This document shows positions 1-12,329 of a DNA stretch of 64,000 nt, piece after piece. Position 1 is the first letter of the stretch. Each line of letters begins with the position of its first letter. The DNA comes from Octopus vulgaris (taxonomy: Eukaryota), in assembly GCA_951406725.2 (NCBI GenBank), contig OX597831.1, positions 5,704,001 to 5,768,000 on the forward strand, written 5' to 3'. The notes below the pieces were generated by a model. The model was not told the DNA's origin. It was given only the letters and a program-made list of their open reading frames with translations, and searched no databases. The position numbers and the translations under genes are program-made.

Positions 1-903
1 TTTGTCTTCGATAGGTAAGTAAAATCCATAGTTTCACTGGTGAAATACTCATAAGTTTTTCGCCAGTAAATCAACACTTCTCAAATTCTTTTCTATCTCA
101 TCTTGAAATGCACCTGTCTCCACAGAGTCATTATGAGCTTTCACCACCCAGAATCCAGATTTATCCCCAGGCTTCTTGCTATATATATATCAATTATAAT
201 AAAAGGGTAAAATCAATAATTTTACCAGGTGGTCAGTGAAGAAATAAAAACCGCACAGGTAAATTTTACAAAATATTTTATAATTATATACATAATTATA
301 ACAAGGGATCAGCTTTATGCCTCACCAAGCACTACAACAAATAGACACTAAAGCCCACACTACCACCTTAATAGGGATTTTAGTGTCTATTTCTTGTAGT
401 GCGTGGTGAGATGTAAAGCCAATCCCTTGTTATAATTATGTATATTATATGGAGTGAATGAGATGGTTAGATAATTAAGTGTAAACAAAAGAAAAGAAGA
501 AAAAAAAAACAGAATTAAGAGATGGGGAGGATCGAAAAATACGAAAAGGGAGAATAAATAGGGAGGGCTCGGCAGACAAACAGACAGACAAGCATACAGA
601 CTGCCATTGTATAAGGTCCATTTGTCCATGTTAATGCTTGGAAAGGTCTGTTGTGGTCTTTACATTCTCCTCTCATCTACAAGTGACACGATCCTGTGAT
701 TTGATCTCACTTCCCCAGTATTCGTCAGCTGATAGCCTTGAACACCAGATAGTCTTTCAGTTTCTGCGGCTCATCTATCACTAAACATTCCACAGATCAG
801 TCTTAACTCATTTTTTTTTTCTCTACCCTCCTCTCCCATGACTTCCACCTCTCAGTAACATTACACGGCTTCACACTCAAATTCATGCAGTCTGCCTCGG
901 AAA

Positions 904-1102
904 TCTCTCTCTATATAAACGGCAGTTTGTCTGTGTGTGTTTCTGTGTGTCTGTTTGCTTGTACCCTCACCCTGACCACGGCTTTCAACCGATTCTGATG
1001 AAACTTGACACACACATTGGCTATTTTTTGGCTATAACTCTCTAAAAATGCTTTATAGTTATTTCCCTTACAAACCTGAGCAACGCCGGGCGATACTGCT
1101 AG
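904..1102 (+). mobile_element. Non-autonomous mini-Helitron (~199 bp)
   Basis: Starts TC after A (903) and ends CTAG before T (1103). GC-rich subterminal palindrome gcaacgccgggcg just upstream of CTAG; internal (tgtc/tgtg) repeats and aaccgattctgatgaaactt motif typical of short Helitrons; no TSD. Confidence 0.75.
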
Positions 1103-1288
1103 TAGAGAATACAATTGTTGCTGTGGTTGTTATTATTTAGCTCAAGATAAGCTTTGACTGAGCGGCCCTTACGATCAAAGGCATTCCAGGTCAGACCCAT
1201 CCTACCTTTTTGTCTATTTAGGAGTACTTCCTTAACTTTTGCACTTTTTCTTCATTTACTGGTGACAGCGTATTTTTCGACAAGTCAA

Positions 1289-1988
1289 CATAGCCTATCA
1301 TGCAATCACAGCCTATAGTGTAATCATAGCCTATAGTGTAAACATAACCTATAGTATGATCATAGCCTATAGTGTGATCAGACCCTATAATGCAATCATA
1401 ACCTATAATGTGATCATAGCCTATAGTGTAATCACAGCCTATGGTGTAATCATAGCCTATAGTGTAATCACAGCCTATGGTGTAATCACAGCCTATGGTG
1501 TAATCACAGCCTATGGTGTAATCATAGCCTATAGTGTAATCACAGCATATGGTGTAATCATAGCCTATAGTGTAAACATAACCTATAGTATGATCATAGC
1601 CTATAGTGTGATCAGAGCCTATAATGCAATCATAACCTATAGTGTGATCATAGCCTATAGTGTGATCAGAGCCTATAATGCAATCATAACCTATAATGCA
1701 ATCATATCCTATAGTGTAATCATAGCCTATAGTGTAATCACAGCCTATGGTGTAATCATAGCCTATAGTGTAATCACAGCCTATGGTGTAATCATAGCCT
1801 ATAGTGTAATCATAGCCTATAGTGTAATCACAGGCTATGGTGTAATCATAGCCTATAGTGTGATCACAGCCTATAGTGTAATCATAGCCTATAGTATAAT
1901 CATGGCCTATAGTGCAATCATAGTCTATAGTGTAAATATAGCCTATAGTGTAATCATGGCCTATAGTGTAAACATGTAGTGTAAACAT
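1289..1988. repeat. 18-bp minisatellite (consensus gcctatagtgtaatcata, ~38 units) with higher-order block duplication
   Basis: Directly visible tandem units; produces the (GYDYTI)n and (IIAYSV)n ORFs. Confidence 0.95.
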
Positions 1989-3121
1989 TCAAACATCATC
2001 AGTATCTTTTCAAGTCCTGCTGCATTTCTCATGGAATTTTTGGTCTTCCAAAGTCGTCTTGGTGTCTAAGTCAACCTACCTGTCTTTGATGTAAAATTTT
2101 GCTCTGAAAAATTTGACTCGTATTCTGGAGAATACAATAAGCTATGACTGACTGAACTTTTTCCCAAGGGCATTCCAGCCATACCCATCCTGTCTTTTTG
2201 TCTATCTAAGACTACTTCCTTAACTTCTTGCACCTCTTCTTCATTTCCTGGTGAAACCACATTTTCCAGCACAGAAATCGATGGACTCCTTCTTCAAGGA
2301 CTACTTCTTTGACTTCCTGTGCCTTTTCGTTATTCATTTGTGATACGTTCTCATTACAGCCAGCCACTAGCACTAATTAGGTCACCTAGGTAACACAAAC
2401 TATCACAATTTGTGAGTTACCTGAGCATTTCAGCTCCAGTCAAGCGGTACAATGACAAGGTATGTTGACAACCTGAATGATAAGGTGTAAACCACATACC
2501 TGTTGTTTCACTTATACTATTGTTCCATGCTCTGACATGCATTGACCAATCACATGATGTTTACTGAGGGGGTCTGAACATAATACATTGTCTTTGTTGT
2601 CCAGTGTATTTTTATGTCTACAATCTTTTACTTGTTTCAGTCATCGGACTGTGGCCACGCTGGGGTACCACCAAATTGACACCAGTACCTATTCAAAATT
2701 TTAAAGTCTGGTACTTATTCTCTCAGGGTTTTTTTTTTTTGCCAAACTGCTAAGTTTGACTGGTACATATTTATAAACTTGACTGGTACATATTTTATAA
2801 ACCAGAGAGGGACAAAAGGCAAAATTAACTCTAGTGGAATTTGAACACAGAATATAAAGTGCTGGAACAAAGACTGAGGCTCTAACAAGTCCACCAATCT
2901 AGCACTGCAATAATAATTCTTTCTATTACAGACACAAGAACTAAAATTTGGTGGAAGGGACTATTCAATTACACTGACCCCAGTGCACAACTGGTACTTG
3001 ATTTATTGACCTCCAAAAGGATGAAAAGCCAAAAGGCAAAGTCAACCTCGGTGGAATTTGAACTCAGAATGGAAAGCTAGAAGAAATACCAATAAGCATT
3101 TTGTCCAGCAAGCTAAGAATT

Positions 3122-3542
3122 CTTATTTTTTTATTGCCCACAAGGGGCTAAACACTGAGGGGACAAACAAGGACAGACAAACAGATTAAGTCGATTATAT
3201 TGACCTCTAGTGTGTAACTGGTACTTAATTTATCGACCCCGAAAGGATGAAAGGCAAAGTCCACCTCGGCGCAATTTGAACTCAGAACATAACGGCAGAC
3301 GAAATACCTATTTCTTTACTAATCACAAGGGGCTAAACACAGAGGGGACAAACAAGGACAGACAAACAGATTAAGTCGATTATATTGACCTCTAGTGTGT
3401 AACTGGTACTTAATTTATCGACCCCGAAAGGATGAAAGGCAAAGTCGACCTTGGCGCAATTTGAACTCAGAACGTAACGGCAGACGAAATACGGCTACGC
3501 ATTTCGCCCGGCGTGCTAACGATTCTGCCAGTACGCCGCCTT
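3122..3542 (-). mobile_element. tRNA-derived SINE family B (Meta-domain-like), tandem dimer with 184-bp unit
   Basis: Head ggcggcgtactggcagaatcgttagc, core gactttgcctttcatcctttcggggtcgataaattaagtaccag, duplicated body, junction gaaatacctatttc at 3301-3314. Confidence 0.85.
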
Positions 3543-3596
3543 GTAAGCTAAGAATTCTGTCAGCACTTTTTATAATAACAACAGCAACGACATTAA

Positions 3597-3805
3597 CCTG
3601 TTCATTTTCATATTCCAGTTGAAGTACCCTGCTTTCAATTCAATTAATTTTGAAAATAATAAAAAACTTATTGAAATAACTTTGTCAGTATTAAACTTGT
3701 GCTTTTGAAATTTTGATGGATGGTTTTAATTTAGATCACTTTAAAAACGGGAAGTTTATATCATAGGGCCAAGGGCAGTTTCAGGCGGGTTGGTATCAAA
3801 AGAGG
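3597..3805. mobile_element. piggyBac-like MITE (older, diverged)
   Basis: Flanked by TTAA at 3593-3596 and 3806-3809; degenerate CC..GG termini; internal similarity to 50178-50398. Confidence 0.55.
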
Positions 3806-5094
3806 TTAACGACGATCATTTAATGATAATAACTAATTTCTTGTAACGGAGGCAGATGCAGCTGTGAGTTTTAGCAGTTTGGTGGTTGCAAAAGAATCTG
3901 CATTGATTTATTGAAAATGTTGAATGCAGTTCAAATGAGCTAAACAGAAGGAAAAAAAAAAAGGAAAAAAGTAGTTTTCTATGGAAATATTAGCTGATAA
4001 ATTAATGCCGAAAGGTTATGTGATTTGACACAGTCTTTATCCATTTTCCACAGAATTTAGACATGTATGCAATACGATAGGAGACAACAAGCAGTTCTTT
4101 ATTTAGATGTAATTAAGAATTTGTCTGCAAGACATTGAAAAGATGGGTAATAAATAAGAATTGAAAAAGAGTCAAATATATGTAGTACAAGTCTAGAATT
4201 TGTAACCAAATGCAATATTCTACAATGTTCTGAAGAAAAAAACATCCGCAAGAATATTGTCGTCAATGAAGATTATGAGAGAAGATATTCTAAAAATAGC
4301 CAAAATATACTGCAAAATATTCAAAGACTACCAGAAGCTAGCAAAAGTGTTATTAAATACTTCGATTAGTTGACTAAAATGTTAACATTGTTGTCTATGA
4401 AATGGTAACCAATATGGCATGGAAGACAGTATTTAGTACCACAGGGTTAAAATATATAGAGGTATTGCTTTGTTTTTTTTTTTTTGTTTCTCTTGGGGTA
4501 AACACTTGTATGCCGAAGATGCCGCTGTACTCCATCTCAAAAGTGTAGGGGTCAATGCTTCATCAGATGATGAAGCAGACCTACAGGTGTTACAGACCCT
4601 TTGACCATAAAACCAGAGCTACCCGGGGCCACACACAGATGTAGGCGACAAGACTCCCACACAATAGCGCAAGCTTTGTCGAGTCAAGTGTTGTGACTCT
4701 GGGCCAGATGTTTCCATCATCCTCACTGCTTGATCTTGCTGTGTCATTTGTTCTCACTGGGATCAGACACAAAGTCTTGCTTTCTCAACAATTTTCTGGC
4801 AACATCTTTTCTCCCCTTCATGTGATAAATATATTAAGGGCATCCAGTCACAGGAACCATGTGAAAGCAGACATTGGAGCTCAAAGCAGTCCTTGGTTGA
4901 CTTTGCCTTTCAAACATCTGATCTCAGTGCAGTCTGTTTTGCATTTCAAGCTTTCGGAATCGATAAAATAAGTACCAGCTGAGTACTGGAGTCAATGTAA
5001 TCAACTTACCCCCTCCCCTGAAATTGCTGGCCTTCTGCCAAAATTTGAAACTATTACTATTATTATTAGTACTAGTAGTATTATAATCATCATT

Positions 5095-6574
5095 GAGTGA
5101 GAAAGCAGTGCATGCCATCAAAATGACACAGAGGTACAAATATATGAAGCCCAATATACCCATTATGACTACCCGATTGATACGGGTACACCAGGCACAT
5201 GCATCACAACCATATGTGCATGACATGGTGATCTCATATCAAGATAAACAACGTATGACCTTGCCGATTGAGCCCAGTTAGAATTTTCTTCAGGTCAAGT
5301 AGCCCAACCCAATCAAAAGGTCTCTGAATAAGGGTTGTTTAAGGAGGATGAATGAAATATGTTTCTTTATTAGCAACACAGGGCTGCACACACATGGGAC
5401 AGATTGCAAAGTAGAGCTTTGCTTTTTGGGGAGAAAAAAAAAAGTGGGGTAGGTTTTCGATCAAAACGGATCGTAAAAGGGAAAGAAAAACAAATTAAAA
5501 ACAAAAAAAAACAACAACAAAAAACATCAATAGGGATCGTTATCACAGAAATGTCATGATGTAAAGTGTAAAGGGGGAAGCAGATAAGGTTTATCCGTGG
5601 AAAGAAAAGCCTACGGAAAAGACCACAGTAACCTTGGTCAATAATATTACATGTTACCACATTTGTTTGCAAGTAGGTAACTCATTGTTTTAAATTTCCG
5701 GGTTCATAGGATTATGCTCAAGGTGGCTTCATCATTCATACATGCCATCCTTGCTACATTCACCCATCTTTTTTTTAAACATTCGCTAGACAAAACTTGC
5801 CTCTCTACTCTCACTTTCCTTTTCAAGTGATACTTGAAGAAGTTGATGAGAGATTGACCAGAGAGGAAAGTGTTTGTCTCCAATCCTTTCAGACGCGTTC
5901 ACCAGATACATTCTTTCACCATAGCCACAAGAATGATGAAAATAGCTCTTCCTTCCCGTTTGAAGGAAGGAGGTGTGACAATATTGATGATAGACTCGGC
6001 TGATAAACCGACTCGTCCCACACGTGACAGCAGTTATTCGACATAAGCCCACAGGTCGGAAATTGTTGGACACTGCATCTCGGGTAAGTCGGCCCCGTGT
6101 TTCTCAAGCCGTGTCTGTAGAGCTTATCCCAAACAGGTAGCGCTTCTCGGTAGCACTGCCAGGCCAGGGATCTCTGGAAGTTGTCCATGGGTCCTGGCCT
6201 GAAAGTCATCCTGAACAGGCGGGTCAGGTATTCCTCATCGACATCCAGGTTCACCCGAGCTGTCGTCATACCTCCCCTCCACTAATCCCCATGAATGAAA
6301 TAGCCATGTTTCCAGAGTTGAATTATTCAAACCCCAAAGAATTCCCCTCGACACATGGCTATCATGGTCCCCAATATTTCTGCTCATGACCAGAGATGTA
6401 CATATCATCAGCCACTAAGGGACATGCTCAACTGGTTAAGGTCTAAAACTAACAAGCAAATCTGTGGTATTGAGCAGAATATTTGCTGTTGCCCTTCTTG
6501 TACATGTTAACACTTCCAATCACTTAAGATCAAAAGCCATGAAAGCCACTGCCTGGTACTGCATCAGAGCATTT

Positions 6575-6575
<1 letters not shown>
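5095..6575 (-). mobile_element. SINE-like interspersed repeat split by a LINE insertion (pieces ~5095-5360 and ~6300-6575)
   Basis: atgaatgaaata is duplicated at ~5348 and ~6291 around the LINE fragment; flanked by (att)n. Confidence 0.5.
5360..6290 (-). mobile_element. 5'-truncated Tx1/L1-like non-LTR retrotransposon 3' end (zf-RVT region plus 3'UTR), pseudogenised
   Basis: ORF 5916-6269 contains LAWQCYREALPVWDKLYRHGLRNTGPTYPRC, typical of the L1/Tx1 ORF2 C-terminal zinc-binding region; TSD-like duplication; more decayed relative at ~49600-50000. Confidence 0.7.
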
Positions 6576-6627
<52 letters not shown>

Positions 6628-9600
6628 AATTCCACTGGGGTCGACTTTGCCTTTCATCCTTTTGGGGTCAATTAAATAAGTACCAGTTACGCACTGGGGT
6701 CGATGTAATCGACTTAATCCCTTCCCCAAAATTTTAAGGCCTTGTAGAAAGGCTTATTATTATTATTATTTTCCTTATTATTATTATTATTATTATTATT
6801 ATTTGGGCAATGGATTGGCAGAATTGCCAGAGCATTAAACAAAATACTCTGTAGGATTTGTTCTGAACTTTTACATTCCACCAAGGTCAACTTTGCCTTA
6901 AATTTTTCTCTGTGGTTGATAAAATAAAGAACAAGCGAAGAAGAGGGGGTGGGCGGGGGTTCAACATAATGATAAAACACTCCCTCAAAATACGCGGCTT
7001 TCTTCCTGCACCAGAAATTCTCAGTAGCAATAATTTGTTAGGCACAAGAGCGGAAACTGTGTAGTGGGAAGTTGTCAATTAAATCAACCCACTTTTTGAC
7101 TTGTATTTCATTGACCTTGGAGAGGCAGAAAGCAAAGTTGTCTATGGTGGGATTAGAACTCAAGTTGTAAATAACTGAAACAAATAGAGTAAGACGTTTT
7201 GTCAAATGCATTAATCATCATCATCATCATCATTTAGTGTGCCTTGGTCCATGCTGGCATGGGTTGGACAGTTTGACCAGAACAGACAAACTAGCTCTGC
7301 TAGGTTCAATGTCTGTTTTAGCATAGTTCCTACAGCTGGATGCCCTTCCTAATGCTAACCACTTAACAAAGTGTAGTGGTCATTTTTTTATGTAGACCAG
7401 CACTGGTGAGGTTGCAAAGTATCCACAAAGTAAGACCCCCTTAACCAAGCAGGGTATAGACTAAGTGGAGGTGTGTGGCTCAGTGGTTGAGGTGTTAGAC
7501 TCATTATCATAAGATTGTGGTTTCAATCCTGGACTGAGTAATGCGTTGTATTCTTGAGTGAAAGAAAGATCTCCTTCGGTCATGAATGACCATGTGATTG
7601 CACCCAGAAAGTTCCCCTCCAAGGCACAAATCTGGACAAGGTCGTTTATGGAAAACCAGCAGTCACCCATGCATACCAACCTCCTCGCTCCGTGCTAGCG
7701 ATGTTATCCAAAGGAAAGGCAAATACCGATATAGCATGGTACCAGTGATGTTGAAACTCATTTCCACAGCTGAATAAACCCCGTCAGGCCCAACACTTGA
7801 AAGGAACTCAGCCACTTTGCCTCCATCAGGCCCAAGGTTCAAAAGATGTTCTTTATGTGTCACCAGCATGGGTGCACTTGGCCTGACAGGTTCCCTCAAG
7901 CACAGCACATCACCAAAGGTCTCGTCTTTTTAGTATCTAACTGGTACTTTATTTCACTGATTATTCCCCCCCCCCCACACACACACACACACACAAAATG
8001 GATATGAAAGGTAAAGCTGACCCTGACAGGATTTGAACTCTGTGCAAAAGGAGTCAGAAGAAATACAACAAGCCATTTGTCCAACACTCTAAAGATTTAG
8101 CCAACGGAAAAATAATAAATACTTTGCAATTTTGGTACAAGGCCAGTAATTTTGATGGCAGGGGTGCAAGTCTATTACATCAACCCCAGTATGTGACTGG
8201 TACTTATTTTATCAACCCTGAAAGGATGAAAGGCAAAGTAGACCTCAACAATATTTGAACCCAGAATGTGAGGAGCCAGAAGAAACATTGCTCAACATTT
8301 TGTCCAGCACATTGACTAATCGAGCAGCTCAATGCCTCAAAATCCAATAATAATAATGATAATAATAATAATGATGATGATGATAATAATAATGGCTTCA
8401 AATTGTGGCACAAGAGAGCAATTTAAGTGGAGGAGGAATTACCTCAAGTGCCCATCTGGGACTTATTTTATCAACCCTGAAAGAAAAGGCAAAGTTAACC
8501 TCAACAGATTTCGAATAGATGGGGGAAATGTCTCTAAGTATTTTACCCAGCATGCTAATGATTGCACCAGCCCATTGCCTAAAACAATAATAATAATAAT
8601 TGATACTAAAAGCGCAAGGCCTGAAAATTCTGTTGAGAGGGAACTAGAAGATTAAATCGACCCCAGTGTTTCACTGGTAACTTAATTTATCGACCCCGAA
8701 AGAATGAAAGGCAATGTCAACCACAGTGGAATTTGAACTCGGAACATAAAGACAGCTGAAATGCAGTTTAAGCATTTTACCTGGCATGCTAATGATTCTG
8801 CCAGCTCAACGCCTTCTTTTTTTTCTCTCCTTTCTTTTCTTCGAAAAGATGAAAGACAAAGTCAACCACAGCAGGATTTGAACTCAGAACGTTGTAAAGA
8901 CAGACAAAATGGTGCTAAGCAATTTGTCCAGCATGCTAACGAATCTGCTAGCTTGCTGCTATTACTAGTACTACTACTACTATTACTACTCTGGCACAAG
9001 GCCAGAAATTTGACGGGATGGGTAAGTTGATTACATCGGCCCCAGGGCTCAACTGGTTTTAATTTTATCATCCCCAAAAAGATGAAAGGTAAAGACAGAT
9101 AAAATGCTCCTAAGCATCTTGTCCAGCATCCTAATGATCTGTCAGTTTGCTACCTAACTACTACCACTACTAATAATATTATTATTATTATTAGGTGGCG
9201 AGCTGGCAGAATCGTTAGGACAATGGTCAAAATGCTTAGTGGCATTTTCATACGTCTTTACATCCTGAGTTTAAATTCCGCCGAAGTTGACTTTACCTTT
9301 CATCCTTTGGGGGTCGATAAAATAAGTACCAGTCGCGTACTGGGGTTAATGCAATCAACTACCTCTTTCTCCCAAATTTCAGGCCTTTTGCCTTCAGTAG
9401 AAAGGCTTATTATTATTATTATTATCATTATTATCATTATTATTATTATTATTATTATGAAGGTAGCAAGCTGGTAGAAATTGTTAGCATGCCGGGCAAA
9501 ATACTTGGCAGTATTTCGCTCATTCAAATTCCACTGAGGTCGACTTGGTCTTTCAACCTTTCGAAGTCGATAAATTAAGTACCAGTTGAGTACTGGGGTC

Positions 9601-9658
9601 GATGTAATCGATTATCCCCCTCTCCCAAATTTCAGGCCTTGTGCCTATGGTAGAAAGG

Positions 9659-9697
<39 letters not shown>

Positions 9698-10026
9698 GCT
9701 ATTATTATTATTACTATTGCTATCATTATTATTATTATTGCTATTATTATTATTATTATTGCTATCATTATTATTATTATTGCTATCATTATTATTATTA
9801 TTGCTATTATTATTATGGTGGCAAGCTCACAGAATCATTAGTACACTGGAAGAAATGCTTGTGGTATTTCACCCGTTGCTAAGTTCTGAGTTCAAATTCC
9901 ACAAAGGTCAACTTTGCTTTTCATCCTTTCCGGGTCAATAAATTAAGTACAATTGAAATACTGGAAGGGAGTCAATGTAATCTCCCCACCCCCAAAAATT
10001 CAGACCTAGTTCCTCTAATAGAAAGG

Positions 10027-10028
<2 letters not shown>
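6628..10028. mobile_element. Cluster of about 11 family B SINE copies interleaved with (AAT)n tracts, plus single copies of other SINE families
   Basis: Repeated core gatgaaaggcaaagtcgacc (- strand, ~7040-9150) and gactttgcctttcatcc (+ strand at 6628, 6805, 9193, 9460, 9817). Confidence 0.8.
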
Positions 10029-10086
<58 letters not shown>

Positions 10087-10993
10087 TCTTAGCTGCAAAG
10101 GCTGAAAGACAAAATAAGCAGACGAAGACTGATATCTAACCCAAAGTCTCTTTTGCTTTTTACCGTACCAAAACCAATTAAATAAATGCTATATCATATG
10201 GAGCGGTGCTCCAGCATGGCCACAGTCAATAACTGTAACCAGTCAGAAATAAAGACTCTGTGTGTGTGTGTGTGTATGTGTGTGTGTGTGTGTGCAAACC
10301 AGTGAACTGGCTGACCATATAGTAGTATTAGTTGTAGTAGTAGTAATAGTAGCTGTATCATCATATGACTATAGTTTAGTAGTTTATAGCTGATTGTGTA
10401 GTACTGTGAGAAAGAGAGAGAGAGAGAGTGGCTAAGGTGGGGTGGGGGGGGTGGAGACCAAGACAGATTCTGCACTGTTAGTGTTTATAGACAAGAGACT
10501 ATAACACTGATGATGGTTAGTGAATATCAATATCTGAGAACTGGGACACACAGACATATTTAAACATAAAGTGACAGACAGACCGACAGACAGATAGACA
10601 TATATGCAGTGTAAAAAAGAAGAAAAAATGAGTGTTCAGTATTATAAATGGTGTGATCATTTACTGAAAGCTGTTACTCTGAGTTTTTCTCGTCAGTTTT
10701 GGATTATTGTTTAATACAGAGCACAGGAGTTAATAACGAGGAAGGAGAAAGAGTTGATTAGCAACAGGAAATATTGGTCGGGTAATGAAAAATAAGAATG
10801 GAAATATTTGTTGGCTTATGATAGTAACTATTGTTTGTTGTTTGGAAAATACTAACAAAAAAACACATTTGGCCACTGATATAGTAAATATATTGCAGAG
10901 AAGATAGGTTGTACATAGCAATATGATATACAGGATAAAATGTGTGTGTGTGTGTGTGTGAAAAATAGTAAGAATACAGAGCAGAGACTGCAG

Positions 10994-11310
10994 TGGAGGC
11001 ACAATGGCCCAATGGTTAGGGCAGCGGACTCGCGGTCGGAGGATCGCGGTTTCGATTCCCAGACCAGGCATTTTGTGTGTTTATTGAGCGAAAACACCTA
11101 AAGCTCCACGAGGCTCCAGCAGGGGGTGGTGGCGACCCCTGTTGTACTCTTTTGCCCCAACTTTCTCTCACTCTTTCTTCCTGTTTCTTGTCCCCGACTT
11201 CCAACGCAACCGCTGAGCCTGGATGCACATTCATCCATCCGTCGATGCTCTCGGTGTCGGGGGTTGACCTGCTTTCTCTTCTGCGGGTTTTACGAATAGC
11301 AAAGGACCAC
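10994..11310 (+). mobile_element. SINE family C (tRNA-Arg-like head, possibly OR-type) with a variant 3' half
   Basis: Head ggaggcacaatggcccaatggttagggcagcggactcgcggtc...ggtttcgattccc has A and B boxes; same head at 17526 and 45233. Confidence 0.75.
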
Positions 11311-11559
11311 GTTTCGGACTTCTCCCATCTTGCGAGCTCTGGGACGAAGACCGCTTCGCTCAACAGCAACAGCAGCAGCAGAGACTGCAACTTGCATGTC
11401 TTGCAAACAACTTGCACATGCAAATGCTACCAGTCAAAAACTCCGCATACCGGAAGCCAGCAAGTGTATGGGGTCATCAGGAGAGAATGCGCACCATTTC
11501 GGGGCCTACCTCTCAACAGCATCAATGCGTACCACCACCCCCCTCACTGATATGAGGCC

Positions 11560-11815
11560 CCACCTGCTAGATCAACTGGTTATCAAATAAAGCACAATAT
11601 TCTTCTAGCCATCGCTCATCGTCTCTTTTTAACCAAATCCAGTGGCTAGCCTTCTCCACTGTAGTTTGGATATAGGTCATGGTGGTATTGACTTTACGAT
11701 AACAACAGTCGTCTCACACTGTGTCCAACAAACCCTCTACATCCAACTTCGATTGGAAAATGCTCTGCTTTCCAGCCTATGTCTTCACATTCCTCGGGGA
11801 GATTTACATAAAGGA
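11560..11815 (-). mobile_element. 3' fragment of a restriction-like-endonuclease non-LTR retrotransposon (HERO-like)
   Basis: Minus strand encodes YVNLPEECEDIGWKAEHFPIEVGCRGFVGHSVRRLL and, after a frameshift, TTVEKASHWIWLKRDDERW, matching the REL C-terminal motifs GW..PIEVG.RGF and EKAS.W.WLKR. Confidence 0.75.
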
Positions 11816-12212
11816 TGAAGAAGCTCCAATTTCCAGAGACTGTTATTGTCATATGACTAAGGCTATGAAGTAGGGACTTCTTCCAGTGTCTGCAGAAAGC
11901 ATGCATCTCTGATTGCTTGTTCAGATGTTCTATCATCTTGGAATAGGATTGCTGTTTCCTCATCTCATTTACATAAACCTGGCAGTATAGATTCTAATGA
12001 AAATTACAATGTAAGGGTTACCATCAGACAAGCAAGCAATAAAGTTAAATGTTTGCCACACAAGATCATCATCATGAATATCATCATTTTAAGATCCCTT
12101 TTTCCACTTGCATGGGTCAGATGAAGTTTATTGAGGCAGATTTTCTATAGCAAGAGTGGCTGTGTGGTAAGTAGCTTCCTTACCAACCACATGGTTCTGG
12201 GTTCAGTCCGTC

Positions 12213-12259
<47 letters not shown>

Positions 12260-12275
12260 CATATTTATACATATT

Positions 12276-12329
<54 letters not shown>

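Noticed and set aside
1218-1988. Hexapeptide-repeat acyltransferase gene
   Set aside because: Pure nucleotide-level minisatellite with no catalytic or flanking domains; kept only as a finding.
11077-11550. 157-aa ORF
   Set aside because: Spans a SINE body and adjacent repeat sequence; no recognisable domain.
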